From a virus, in the IMG/VR virus record IMGVR_UViG_3300015202_000006, positions 47-64,046 of that record: a DNA stretch of 64,000 nucleotides. One strand, 5' to 3'. Positions 8,473-17,407 of this stretch are shown piece by piece. The translations under genes were made by a program, and so were the position numbers. The notes below the pieces were generated by a model. The model did not search any database, was not told the origin of the DNA, and saw nothing but the letters and a program-made list of their open reading frames with translations. Positions within the stretch are counted from its first letter, which is position 1, and the number at the start of each line of letters is the position of its first letter.

Positions 8473-8841
8473 ATGCCCATTCAAAAGGAAGTTTTACTCG
8501 TCGACGATCTTCGGGATCCGAGTGATGTCCGTAAGCATCAAGATGAGCTTACTAACGAATGGATCTGTTTCGAAGATGAAGAAGTAGAGATTGCTCGTAC
8601 TGGTGAAGAGGGGATTAATCTCCTTCAGACACGCCGCTGGGAAACTCTCCTCCTGGATAACGACATGGGTGCAGGGATTGAAGGCCATGAAGTCCTAAGT
8701 TTTCTTCAAGACAATCCCCAGCACCTTCCTTCAGTAATTATTTTAGTCACAGCGAATATCATAGCCGGCAATCGCATGTCTGATGACCTCCGGATTCTAA
8801 AAGCCAATGGTCTTATCCGTGACTTCGGATGGAGACGGTAA
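8473..8841 (+). CDS. Receiver-fold protein, cyclic-phosphate-processing receiver type
   Basis: LLVDDLRDP, ARTGEEG, LLLDNDMG, VTAN pattern; next to a phosphoesterase. Confidence 0.7.
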   Translation: MPIQKEVLLVDDLRDPSDVRKHQDELTNEWICFEDEEVEIARTGEEGINLLQTRRWETLLLDNDMGAGIEGHEVLSFLQDNPQHLPSVIILVTANIIAGNRMSDDLRILKANGLIRDFGWRR

Positions 8842-9680
8842 TGAACGTTTTAAAGGTGGACTACACCGATCCCGAGGCGGCTCTTAAGCTCGATCAGTCT
8901 CTTCGTGAGACGGGTTTCGCTGTTTTGGTGAACCACCGGATCGATCCGGGCTTGCTTGCTGCGGCCTATGCCGATTGGGCAGTCTTCTTCGCTAGCGAGA
9001 AAAAATATCGATACACGTTTGATCCGAAGGATCAGAGTGGGTTCTTTCCTTTCAAGACCGAGCACGCCAAAGACTCTTCTATCAAGGACCTAAAGGAGTT
9101 CTTCCACATGTTTCCCGATACCGATCTTCCGGTCGGAATGAGCAATGCCACTAAGAAGCTTGCTAAAGCGCTTATGGGTCTTGGTGAAGAGATTTTGATC
9201 GCACTCGATAACGTTCTCCCTAAAAAGATTTCAGATAAGCTCGACGAGCCTTTAGTGTCCATGATTCAGAGGAGCGAGGGCACGCTCTTCCGGATCCTCC
9301 ATTACCCACCATTGAACGGTTCCGAAGAAACCGGTGCTGTAAGAGCGTTTGCTCACGAAGACATCAATCTCATCACCCTATTGCCAGCAGCCACCGCATC
9401 AGGCCTCCAGGTTCGGGATATGAACGGTAACTGGGTGGATGTGCCCGTCGATCCCGGAAGCATCGTTATCAATGCTGGAGACATGCTGAAGGAGGCCACA
9501 GACGGCTATTACCCGTCCACTACCCACCGAGTGATGAATCCGGTGGGTGAGGAAGCGATTTTGTCTCGTTACTCGATGCCGATGTTCATCCATCCTCGTC
9601 CGGGCGTCGTTCTCTCTGAACGATACACTGCCGGACAGTATTTAACCGAGCGCCTCGCTGAGATCGGACTACTTAAATGA
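8841..9680 (+). CDS. 2OG-Fe(II) dioxygenase, isopenicillin-N-synthase/DIOX family
   Basis: GFAVLVNH, RILHYPP, HED(HxD)INLITLL, GLQV, NAGDML, HRV, RYS motifs. Confidence 0.9.
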   Translation: MNVLKVDYTDPEAALKLDQSLRETGFAVLVNHRIDPGLLAAAYADWAVFFASEKKYRYTFDPKDQSGFFPFKTEHAKDSSIKDLKEFFHMFPDTDLPVGMSNATKKLAKALMGLGEEILIALDNVLPKKISDKLDEPLVSMIQRSEGTLFRILHYPPLNGSEETGAVRAFAHEDINLITLLPAATASGLQVRDMNGNWVDVPVDPGSIVINAGDMLKEATDGYYPSTTHRVMNPVGEEAILSRYSMPMFIHPRPGVVLSERYTAGQYLTERLAEIGLLK

Positions 9681-10357
9681 GTTCTGGAGAAGATATGGAA
9701 AACCCAAAAGACCTCAGCGCACAGTACGTCGATTCGATGGGATCCGATTTAACGCCTGTGAACGCGGCGAGAATCTCCTTTAATAACTCCTCAGAAGAGC
9801 TGACCGAGAAAGACAAGAAGCTCATCAACTATCTGGCCAAGCACCAGCACATGTCTGTTTTTGAACATTGTTCTCTTACGGTGATTGTCCATTGTCCTCT
9901 CTACATCCGGTCTCAGTGGCATCGCCACCGCACGATGTCCTACAATGAGGTGTCTCGCCGCTACACCGCAGACGATGTCGAGTTCTATGTTCCGCCAGTT
10001 GATGACATCCGGTTACAGAGCAAATCCAATAAGCAGGGGAGTGAAGGCCCGATGGACCCGGCCCAGGCTGAACTCGCTCAGGCAGCAATGGTTGAGATCT
10101 CAATGAAGGCCAATGAAGTGTTCGAAAAGCTCATTGCTCTTGGTGTCGCACGCGAACAGGCCCGGGCCATCCTCCCTCAAAACGTCATGACGAAGTTCTA
10201 CGCCACCGCAAACCTTCGTAACTGGGCCGCGTTCCTTAAGCTTCGTCTGGACCCGCATGCGCAGAAGGAGATTCGGGTTCTTGCCGAGCAGGTGTCCGAG
10301 ATCATCAAAGAACGCTGGCCAGTGAGTTACAAGGCTCTTGTGGAAAGCGATGAATGA
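9677..10357 (+). CDS. thyX: Flavin-dependent thymidylate synthase
   Basis: HMSVFEH, QWHRHR, NEVSRRY, ARAILP, NLRNW, LRLDPHAQKEIR. Confidence 0.95.
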   Translation: MSSGEDMENPKDLSAQYVDSMGSDLTPVNAARISFNNSSEELTEKDKKLINYLAKHQHMSVFEHCSLTVIVHCPLYIRSQWHRHRTMSYNEVSRRYTADDVEFYVPPVDDIRLQSKSNKQGSEGPMDPAQAELAQAAMVEISMKANEVFEKLIALGVAREQARAILPQNVMTKFYATANLRNWAAFLKLRLDPHAQKEIRVLAEQVSEIIKERWPVSYKALVESDE

Positions 10358-10587
10358 TCGACTCTCTTAAGTTTCGGTGTCGTTACTGCGACAAGCTATT
10401 TACGAAATCGGCACACGAAATAAAAAGAGAAGGCTCGATCAGGTGTACATACTGCAACGACCCTTGCGACGAAACTACTGTCGTAGAAGAAAAATCTATT
10501 CGGACCGATGTGTTTGGATATCGATTCAGTCCCGATTTTCAAAAGCAGTCGAACGATCCTGATGCCTGGACCGAGTTCGTGGACTAG
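10354..10587 (+). CDS. Small zinc-ribbon protein
   Basis: Two CxxC pairs; ATGA overlap. Confidence 0.65.
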   Translation: MIDSLKFRCRYCDKLFTKSAHEIKREGSIRCTYCNDPCDETTVVEEKSIRTDVFGYRFSPDFQKQSNDPDAWTEFVD

Positions 10588-10838
10588 CTGCGTATTAAAC
10601 AGGAAGAAGTTACTTTATGAACTCAGAAATATTGATCCGACTTGGTTTCAAATCAGGTTTTATGTTTGCTCTTGGGGCGCTGAGCGCAATGCTCGCCATG
10701 CAGCTTCTTCAGTTCGGATTCGGGTACTTGAGCCTGCTGGTTTCTAGCCACTAAAGATTATCTCCATCCCTTCTTGTCCTAACCATGAATGATTTCAGCA
10801 TGTGTCATTTATTCTATTTAATAAAAACTAAACGGTAA

Positions 10839-10856
10839 TTCAGCATTAATGCTGAA
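10839..10856. promoter_or_regulatory. Perfect 18-bp palindrome TTCAGCATTAATGCTGAA (operator-like)
   Basis: Exact inverted repeat in an AT-rich intergenic region, 7 bp before a TTGCTC-N17-TAATAT sigma-70-like promoter. Confidence 0.6.
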
Positions 10857-10923
10857 AATGAGCTTGCTCAAATAAAGTAGTCAAGCTAATATCTTTTTAG
10901 GTGGTTAAACACCTGGAGAGAAC

Positions 10924-11364
10924 ATGAACCGAAATAATCTGTACTCGAAAATAGCTCTGGAAGATTTCTACCAGATCTATCTCGATGAGCCAGGTGCTCT
11001 CCTTGTCGACAGTCACTTTATGGGAGCGGCCCATCACTTGAATTGTTGGATTAATTCAAGGGATCTGCACCCTAGTCTTTGCGAGTTTCATTTGGTACGC
11101 TTTGGTGCTCACCTGAGGCATCTCTATGAGACGGTTTACGTTACTGGCGACTTCTTGCTAGCCGTGGACCCATCAGAGAGGAATCTGCATCAGAGGAAAA
11201 CCTGGAGCCCTAACCTTTTGAGTTATCCTCACGAGACAATGTTCAAGGATATGGTTTCAGACGAAAGAGTTCCGATGGGTAAAGAACACCCCTACGATCG
11301 TCTGCTACATAGTCTAGCCCCGCCCCAAACCCTAGCGAGTAGCTGTTTAGCACTCGCCTCATGA
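10924..11364 (+). CDS. Hypothetical protein (146 aa)
   Basis: ORF track; GGAG SD. Confidence 0.55.
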   Translation: MNRNNLYSKIALEDFYQIYLDEPGALLVDSHFMGAAHHLNCWINSRDLHPSLCEFHLVRFGAHLRHLYETVYVTGDFLLAVDPSERNLHQRKTWSPNLLSYPHETMFKDMVSDERVPMGKEHPYDRLLHSLAPPQTLASSCLALAS

Positions 11365-11389
11365 TGAGAGCATAAGAAGGAACCCCCTC

Positions 11390-11716
11390 ATGTCTAAGCA
11401 GAACGTAAAGTCGGGACTGACGCTTGATTCTAAAAACTTCGATATCAAGCTTCCTGGCGATGACTGGCAGAACATAGCCAAGTACTTAGGCGAGGCTCTT
11501 TACGTCGCCGCAAAGAAAATTCAGGTTCACTACAAGGGCGAGACTCCGGTGTCGGTCCAGCAAATTTATATGGAGCTAGTACAGAAGGCGACCGACCATG
11601 CCGAAGACCTGATAAACAATGAAGCGGAAGTGGAGCTGGGCCTGGCCGAAGAAGATTCGGATGAGGAAGATGATAGTGAGCAGCCACCGAAAGGGCACTC
11701 TGCCTGGAAGCCATAG
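11390..11716 (+). CDS. Acidic hypothetical protein (108 aa)
   Basis: ORF track; AAGGA SD; typical codon usage. Confidence 0.7.
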   Translation: MSKQNVKSGLTLDSKNFDIKLPGDDWQNIAKYLGEALYVAAKKIQVHYKGETPVSVQQIYMELVQKATDHAEDLINNEAEVELGLAEEDSDEEDDSEQPPKGHSAWKP

Positions 11717-11820
11717 GCTAAAAAGGTGGCTGAAGAGCGTTTGATGCTACTTGCAAGTTTAGATGCGATAAAAATGCATCGCCAAAGCCATTCAAATTGT
11801 CTGCGCTGATAGCTAAGAAG

Positions 11821-11907
11821 TGGTCCCCGCGAATCGACTCGAACGATCATGCCCTTGCGAGCGCCGCGCCCTGAACACGGTGTGTCTACCAATTCCACCA
11901 CGCGGGG
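11821..11907 (-). tRNA. tRNA-Leu(CAG), long variable arm, encoded CCA
   Basis: Acceptor CCCCGCG/CGCGGGG, D-loop GGAATTGGTAGAC, anticodon arm CCGTG-TTCAGGG-CGCGG, variable hairpin GCTC-GCAA-GGGC, T arm GATCG-TTCGAGT-CGATT, 3' ACCA. Confidence 0.95.
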
Positions 11908-11916
11908 ATTTACGGG

Positions 11917-13029
11917 TCAAAAAGCCTTGACCATAAGTGTGATCCGGTCAATAGCACGATCGGTCAGGACGTATCCAGTGTAATACTTTCTGACTGTCGT
12001 TTCGTCGTCGCCAAGAAGCATCGCGATGTCGCTTAAAGTGGCTCCTTTTTCAAGCATGTAGATGGCGTAGGAGTGCCGTAGATCGTGCGGCGAGATCCAC
12101 TTTGAACGGTCCTTCGGGAACGCTTTCTTTGCCGCTCTAGTAATTTGCTGACAGGCGATGTCCTTCCTAATTCGTCTCTTTTTTTCTAGGGAAAGGTCGC
12201 ACCATTGAGCAAATTCTTCTTTGCCGAATGGAAGAATTACGGTCGTGTGCGGGTTGCCATTCTTCAAATAGCCAACGATCTCGCCGGTTGCTTTGACCAT
12301 TTGCTTATGAACATAGATCCCGCCATTGGGCTTCAGGACTTTTTTGTCGTTAAAAGCAAAGGCTTCGCCCGACCGGACCCCGGTGCAAAAGAGGGTGGCG
12401 GCCAAAAGCTTCACTTCCTCAGAGTGGATGTGTGGGATTATCTTCTGAAGCTCATCCCAGGTAACGTAGCTCACTTCTTTGTATTCTTTTTCAGAGACCA
12501 AAAGTTGAATGTCGCGCTTCAGGAATCTAAGGAGCTGGTTCACCCGTATCGAGGTATTCCTTTGGTCACGGTTGCCCTTAAGCTTATCTGACTTGGCCTG
12601 AAGGTCGGCCTTTGTGGCGACGTGGACACTGAGGGGCTCGATGTTTCGGATTGATCTAAGAAAGTCGTAATAGGCGGCTGCGGTTCCAGTTTCTCTGCGC
12701 CTCTTATTGCCTTTAATTGGACGAACCTTTTCTACCTCCCAAAACTTTCTGAAGACATCAAGATTGTCGTCCGAAATCAGGCTCTCTAACGCGACCCGGT
12801 CCTTGATCCCGGCTGCGACTTTGAGTCTGGTAATGATCTTTTCTTTGATCAAAATCTCCGCGACGGCAGGGCTGGTCACCTTGCTCTTTACGGCCTCATT
12901 TAGACTATCTAATTCTTTGTCATCTACTTGGGTCTGCTCGCGGCGGCCATCGGCGTATTTAACGTCCTTGATGATCGCGAATGTTCGCCGCTTCTTCCCG
13001 GGCTTCTTCAAGCTGTATCTGATTTTCAC
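11917..13029 (-). CDS. int: Tyrosine recombinase / integrase
   Basis: TGVRSGE (R), HDLRHSYA (HxxR), LLGD...VRKYY (Y); ends 9 nt before the tRNA 5' end. Confidence 0.92.
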   Translation of the reverse strand: MKIRYSLKKPGKKRRTFAIIKDVKYADGRREQTQVDDKELDSLNEAVKSKVTSPAVAEILIKEKIITRLKVAAGIKDRVALESLISDDNLDVFRKFWEVEKVRPIKGNKRRRETGTAAAYYDFLRSIRNIEPLSVHVATKADLQAKSDKLKGNRDQRNTSIRVNQLLRFLKRDIQLLVSEKEYKEVSYVTWDELQKIIPHIHSEEVKLLAATLFCTGVRSGEAFAFNDKKVLKPNGGIYVHKQMVKATGEIVGYLKNGNPHTTVILPFGKEEFAQWCDLSLEKKRRIRKDIACQQITRAAKKAFPKDRSKWISPHDLRHSYAIYMLEKGATLSDIAMLLGDDETTVRKYYTGYVLTDRAIDRITLMVKAF

Positions 13030-13227
13030 GCCATAGCTCCTTCAAGGGCGGACGGCGACCGTAGACCCTCGCTATTACATCGGCGAGTTGCTTCAATCGC
13101 TTAAGGTCCTGAAAGGAGACTATGTGTGAATCAGGTGAAGTAAAATCTACCACTGAACTCATTTTTCCGTCTACCAAACTTGCATAACTAATTGAAACTA
13201 TTGGTAAAAGCACATAGGCATTTTCGC

Positions 13228-13258
13228 CCCTGAAACGAGTGTGTCTACCAATCGCGTT
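13228..13258 (-). repeat. Degenerate copy of the tRNA-Leu 5' half (att-like direct repeat)
   Basis: CCCTGAAACGAGTGTGTCTACCAAT (13228-13252) vs CCCTGAACACGGTGTGTCTACCAAT (11869-11893): 21/25 identical, including the 7-nt anticodon loop and a 14-nt perfect block. Confidence 0.75.
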
Positions 13259-13328
13259 ATTTTGTCAATGGTTTCAGTAAGAACGAAAGAAGGTTGACCC
13301 GTGCTTCCCGCGTGGTTCGGACAAGGGT

Positions 13329-13338
13329 TTTATACGGG
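13329..13338 (-). promoter_or_regulatory. Phage promoter motif variant CCCGTATAAA
   Basis: One mismatch; points toward the degenerate tRNA fragment about 70 nt downstream. Confidence 0.65.
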
Positions 13339-13418
13339 AGGCGATTCATGAGCCCGGCGCGGGAGGACTCTGGTTCGGGCGGGCGAGAGGCCGGGCGATT
13401 TATGCGGGCGGTGCCTTT

Positions 13419-13428
13419 TCCGTATAAA
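13419..13428 (+). promoter_or_regulatory. Phage promoter motif TCCGTATAAA
   Basis: Exact copy; 6 nt to an in-frame GTG at 13435. Confidence 0.8.
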
Positions 13429-13434
13429 ATCGAT

Positions 13435-14073
13435 GTGGCACAGAACTTATCTCAAGCACTCATTACGCGACTTCCATACGCGGCTTCACACGACTCAAAA
13501 GTCATTTTCGAGCAGTGTAAAAAGGTCGATCTCCGGGGACTAATTTGTCTCTCCATCCCGATCTTCGTGGAGGCCCCAAATAGTGGGGGCAAACTCATCA
13601 CGGAGCTTGAGGCGATGGGTCTCGTCTTGGTGGCCAAGATCGCCTGGTACCGCGATCGTCACATTGTCTGCTCAAGGTCCCGCCGGCTGACTAATACCTG
13701 GGAAGAGATCGCCATTTTCTCGCGGTCCAAAAACTACATTTTCGATCGCGCTTCGGTCACCAAGATCAAAGCCCACTACGCCAACAAGACCGATTCCTTC
13801 ACCGAAGAAGAGTTCCTCACTTGTGTTGGCGATCACTGGGGAGTGCCAAACGATCGTCGCGACCGGCGCTACCTTCCAGAGCAGATCGTCCTCAACTGCG
13901 CAAACCTGGCCCAGCTTCAGCCCGACGACACCGTTCTAGATCCGTACGGAAACCCAGGAGTGCAAGACGCCTGCGACCATTACGGGTGGACCTACAAAGA
14001 CGGGCTCCTCCCAAGCGAACTTCGAACCACAAGAAAGGCTCCTAAGAAAGAGCCTGGCCTCAAATCCGTATAA
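13435..14073 (+). CDS. Degenerate beta-class N4/N6 DNA-methyltransferase-like protein
   Basis: Layout IAWYR...WEEIAIFS...GDHW...P...VLDPY resembles beta-class MTases, but motif IV reads TRLPY and motif I reads DPYGNPG. Confidence 0.55.
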   Translation: MAQNLSQALITRLPYAASHDSKVIFEQCKKVDLRGLICLSIPIFVEAPNSGGKLITELEAMGLVLVAKIAWYRDRHIVCSRSRRLTNTWEEIAIFSRSKNYIFDRASVTKIKAHYANKTDSFTEEEFLTCVGDHWGVPNDRRDRRYLPEQIVLNCANLAQLQPDDTVLDPYGNPGVQDACDHYGWTYKDGLLPSELRTTRKAPKKEPGLKSV

Positions 14074-14074
14074 A
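14065..14074 (+). promoter_or_regulatory. Phage promoter motif TCCGTATAAA
   Basis: Exact copy; contains the upstream stop; 12 nt to the groEL ATG. Confidence 0.8.
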
Positions 14075-14086
14075 ATTAAGAGTCGT

Positions 14087-15802
14087 ATGAAACTTGTTAC
14101 CTACCTAGATTCAGCTGAGTTCCGAAAAGAAGTGCTTAAAGGCATCACCGATCTCTCGTTGATTGTCGGCCAAACCCTCGGGCCCGGCGGACGACCGATT
14201 CTGATCGAGCAAGAGAATGGCGTATTGGCCACTAAAGACGGCGTCACCGTAGCGCTTGCCTATGCCGCTCATACTCCTATTCAAAAGATCGTTGCCCAGG
14301 CGGCGGTCGAAGCGTCTACCCGCACAGTAAAAGCCTGTGGAGACGGCACTACTACCTCGCTGGTACTTGCAGCCGCAATTACGCAAGCCGGACAGGAGTG
14401 GCTCCAAAGGAATCCGACCTACAGCCCTCAGCGTCTCGCTCGCGAGCTAAAAGACATTCTGAAGACCCAGATCGAGCCAATGGTCACGAAGCTCTCAAAA
14501 GGCATTAAGAACCTTCCTGTAGATGAAGCTCGTAAGGCGATCTACCACGTCGCCATGGTGTCTTCGAACTCTGACGAAAATATCGCAAACTCCGTTGTTG
14601 AAGCGACCGACTATGTTGGCCAAGACGGATTCGTCGTTATTGAAGAAGGCGCAGGCGGCACCGAAACCTCTGTTCAACACAAGGACGGGTTCCCAGTTAA
14701 TTCTGGTCTCGCTGATCTCGGTGGAGCGGCATCCACTGCTTTCGTGAACCGTAAGAACTACGGGGACTGTGTTCTATCCGGTGCCTACGTCACGCTCTAC
14801 GACGGCGAAATTAATGATATCGAAACCGTTACCTCGCTCCTCCAGCGTGTAGCTTCCGAACAGGACGAACGCGGGAACGTCACTCGCCGCCCGCTTGTTA
14901 TTTTTGCACACGGCTTCGGCGATACGGTCCTTCGGATTTTCGCTAACAACTTCCGTAAGGGAACTCTCAGTGTAGTTCCAATGGTCACCCCAAGGTCCGG
15001 ACAGGCCAATGGCCGCCAGAGCTTCCTTTACGACATGCTCGCATACGTTGGCGGAAATGTTTTTGATCCCACTGAGCGGCATCTCACTGAAGCATCGCCA
15101 GCAACCATCGGCTTTTGCGAAGAAGTGAAAGTTACCATGAGCGATGCAGTCTTCATGACTTCGCCCGATGAAGAGGCTGTCGCTTCCCGTATCCAGGAGC
15201 TTAAGGACCAAATGGAAGGTCAGAGCGAGTTTGATTGCGATAAAATGCGTTATCGTATCGGACGTCTTACGGGTGGTGTCGCAACTATTTACGCTGGCGG
15301 CGCTACGGCACTCGAAGCAAAAGAACGCCGCGATCGTATCGTGGATGCTGTCAGTTCAGTTCGATGCAGTGTTGATCTCGGGATCGTACCCGGAGGAGGA
15401 GCAACTCTTCTTCATATCGCCCGAAACCTTCCGCAAGTAGGCCCGTCCCAGATCTTTGTTCAAGCACTCACCCGGCCGTTCGTACAAATTCTCCTCAATG
15501 CCGGCATCACTACCACTGAGGATGACGCTCTTATCAATTTCGGATCCAAGGTTGGCGAACAACCTGACGGCCTATTCTATGTCTTCGACGCCCTCAAGCG
15601 CGAACAGGTGGAGTGGTATACGTCGGGAATTTTCGATCCTGCCAAGGTGACGCTATCCGCCCTGAGTAATTCTTTGTCCGTTGCTCAGACACTCATGACT
15701 ACTGGCGGGGCAATTGCCCGCACGTTGAATGATGGCGAACATCAAGCGCGGGCAATGCAAGAGGCCATGCTTAAGGCCGTAAACAATGGAGAATTAGAGT
15801 GA
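14087..15802 (+). CDS. groEL: GroEL-like chaperonin
   Basis: TLGPGGR, TKDGVTV, GDGTTT, RDRIVDA, GIVPGGG; no GGM tail. Confidence 0.93.
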   Translation: MKLVTYLDSAEFRKEVLKGITDLSLIVGQTLGPGGRPILIEQENGVLATKDGVTVALAYAAHTPIQKIVAQAAVEASTRTVKACGDGTTTSLVLAAAITQAGQEWLQRNPTYSPQRLARELKDILKTQIEPMVTKLSKGIKNLPVDEARKAIYHVAMVSSNSDENIANSVVEATDYVGQDGFVVIEEGAGGTETSVQHKDGFPVNSGLADLGGAASTAFVNRKNYGDCVLSGAYVTLYDGEINDIETVTSLLQRVASEQDERGNVTRRPLVIFAHGFGDTVLRIFANNFRKGTLSVVPMVTPRSGQANGRQSFLYDMLAYVGGNVFDPTERHLTEASPATIGFCEEVKVTMSDAVFMTSPDEEAVASRIQELKDQMEGQSEFDCDKMRYRIGRLTGGVATIYAGGATALEAKERRDRIVDAVSSVRCSVDLGIVPGGGATLLHIARNLPQVGPSQIFVQALTRPFVQILLNAGITTTEDDALINFGSKVGEQPDGLFYVFDALKREQVEWYTSGIFDPAKVTLSALSNSLSVAQTLMTTGGAIARTLNDGEHQARAMQEAMLKAVNNGELE

Positions 15803-16716
15803 ACCTTTCCGAATTTAAGAATCAAACAAAAGCGCTGATGCAAAACCGGCGTGCCCAACTGACACTCCTTGGAGTAGCGTTGATTAGCTTCGGTATTTCG
15901 GCCGCCCTTTCAACGACAATAAAACCCACCTCAACGGCGGACATGTCTCGCACCTCCGTCAAGATCACTCGTAACGACGGTCGATCGGGTGGAACTGGGG
16001 TAATTCTATCTAGTGAAAATTCTGAATCGCTAATCCTTACCAATAGTCACGTCTGTGGTGTTGTTGAAAAAGGCGGAGTTGTCACTACAGACGATGGTGT
16101 CGGGCATGCAGTCACTAGCTACCGCCGCTCTAAAGAATCGGATCTTTGCGTCGTTACCGTCGCGGCAAATCTTCGAATTCATACCGTGATCGCGACAAGC
16201 GCTCCGAATCTCTATGAGGATGCGGCGATCTCTGGCCACCCTTCGCTCCTTCCTAACATCGTCACTCGCGGACATTTCTCGGGGAAGATGATTGTCGAAG
16301 TGATGAAGGGATTGAAAAAATGTACCGAAGAGGACGAAAAAGGACCCCTGGGCATCCTTTGTCTACTTATGGGCGGACTCCCGGAAATTCAGCGCTACGA
16401 AGCTCAGGCCGTCTCCGCCACGATTAAACCGGGCTCCTCTGGCTCGGCCATTTTTAATAGCAAAGGCGAGATCTCGGCTCTTGTGTTCGCAGGATCTGGC
16501 GATCTCGGCTACGCAATGGCTGTTCCGCAAGAAGCGATTCAAAACTTCATGAACGCTGAGCTTAAAACGATTCAACGTGTGGCCCCCAACAACACGGTGG
16601 ATCTAGCAGCGCTAGACGCCTCATCGAAGCTTCGTGAGTTCTGTGTCAATTACTCTGAAGAGTATCGAGAAATCTGTGAAGCAGCTGAAAGAGACATGAC
16701 GTGGAACAATTTTTAG
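15799..16716 (+). CDS. Membrane-anchored trypsin-like serine protease
   Basis: N-terminal TM helix; LTNSHV (His), SDLC (Asp), PGSSGS (Ser). Confidence 0.88.
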   Translation: MNLSEFKNQTKALMQNRRAQLTLLGVALISFGISAALSTTIKPTSTADMSRTSVKITRNDGRSGGTGVILSSENSESLILTNSHVCGVVEKGGVVTTDDGVGHAVTSYRRSKESDLCVVTVAANLRIHTVIATSAPNLYEDAAISGHPSLLPNIVTRGHFSGKMIVEVMKGLKKCTEEDEKGPLGILCLLMGGLPEIQRYEAQAVSATIKPGSSGSAIFNSKGEISALVFAGSGDLGYAMAVPQEAIQNFMNAELKTIQRVAPNNTVDLAALDASSKLREFCVNYSEEYREICEAAERDMTWNNF

Positions 16717-17015
16717 AACGATTTAAATCAATGAGTTTGTTCGGGAAGATCCTTCTGGGTCTCCCGTTCCTCATCCTCCTCATTCTTAAAGTAGTGGGAG
16801 AGCTTAGTGGGATGGTTGATAAGCACGATCGGACGAAGGCTGACGACGCCTCCTCTGTCATCGATAAGCAAAAACAGGAAACCGATAACGCTATCGCTGT
16901 TGATGAAGGAAAACTTCAACAGCTAGAAGCGGATAAGCAAAATGCTGTTGAAGGAGTAAAAAATGAAGATCAAAGCAATTTCATTAATAATCGTTTCAAT
17001 CCTCCTAAGCAATAA
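16701..17015 (+). CDS. Membrane protein with N-terminal TM and coiled coil (possible inner spanin)
   Basis: Single hydrophobic helix followed by a charged helical region. Confidence 0.45.
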   Translation: MEQFLERFKSMSLFGKILLGLPFLILLILKVVGELSGMVDKHDRTKADDASSVIDKQKQETDNAIAVDEGKLQQLEADKQNAVEGVKNEDQSNFINNRFNPPKQ

Positions 17016-17370
17016 TCTTGCATTAGCAGACTGTGCACCCGCCCTGGATTTAAAAGTTGGAGATAAGGTTACTGACTGTGATCGGGTAGGCGTTCGTAAG
17101 GACGTTATCGAGAAAATGAACAAAGATCTCGTCACCGGAGATTTCGATAAGCAAATCGCTGACGAGCAAAAGCGGGTAATCGAACTTAAAGATCTTCGTA
17201 TTGCCGAGTCAGATAAGCAGGGTTCGTTGTGGAAGACGGAGGCTGATCGCGAGCGGGACGCCTACGATAAAGAGCGCAATCACGGTGACACCAAGTTCTG
17301 GATTGGAATCGGACTCGGAGCATTTACAATACTGGCGGGCGCATGGGCAGTGAAGCAAGTAGCGAAGTAG
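16963..17370 (+). CDS. Secreted protein with C-terminal TM helix (possible spanin partner)
   Basis: Signal peptide, coiled coil, C-terminal FWIGIGLGAFTILAGAW; overlaps the previous gene. Confidence 0.5.
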   Translation: MKIKAISLIIVSILLSNNLALADCAPALDLKVGDKVTDCDRVGVRKDVIEKMNKDLVTGDFDKQIADEQKRVIELKDLRIAESDKQGSLWKTEADRERDAYDKERNHGDTKFWIGIGLGAFTILAGAWAVKQVAK

Positions 17371-17407
17371 TGACTACTCCGGTTTATTTTCGACTGCGAG
17401 ACAACTG

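Noticed and set aside
6498-9680. Phage auxin (IAA) synthesis/oxidation pathway
   Set aside because: No YUCCA-type monooxygenase or IPyA decarboxylase in the window, and family membership does not fix the substrate.
11821-11907. tRNA-Leu(CAG) as codon-usage compensation
   Set aside because: By eye the highly expressed genes favour CTT/CTC over CTG, and the link to the integrase explains it better; a codon count would settle this.
16963-17370. Outer-membrane lipoprotein (o-spanin or u-spanin) call
   Set aside because: The Cys follows Asp (LADC), which is not a standard lipobox; a signal peptidase I site (ALA) fits better.
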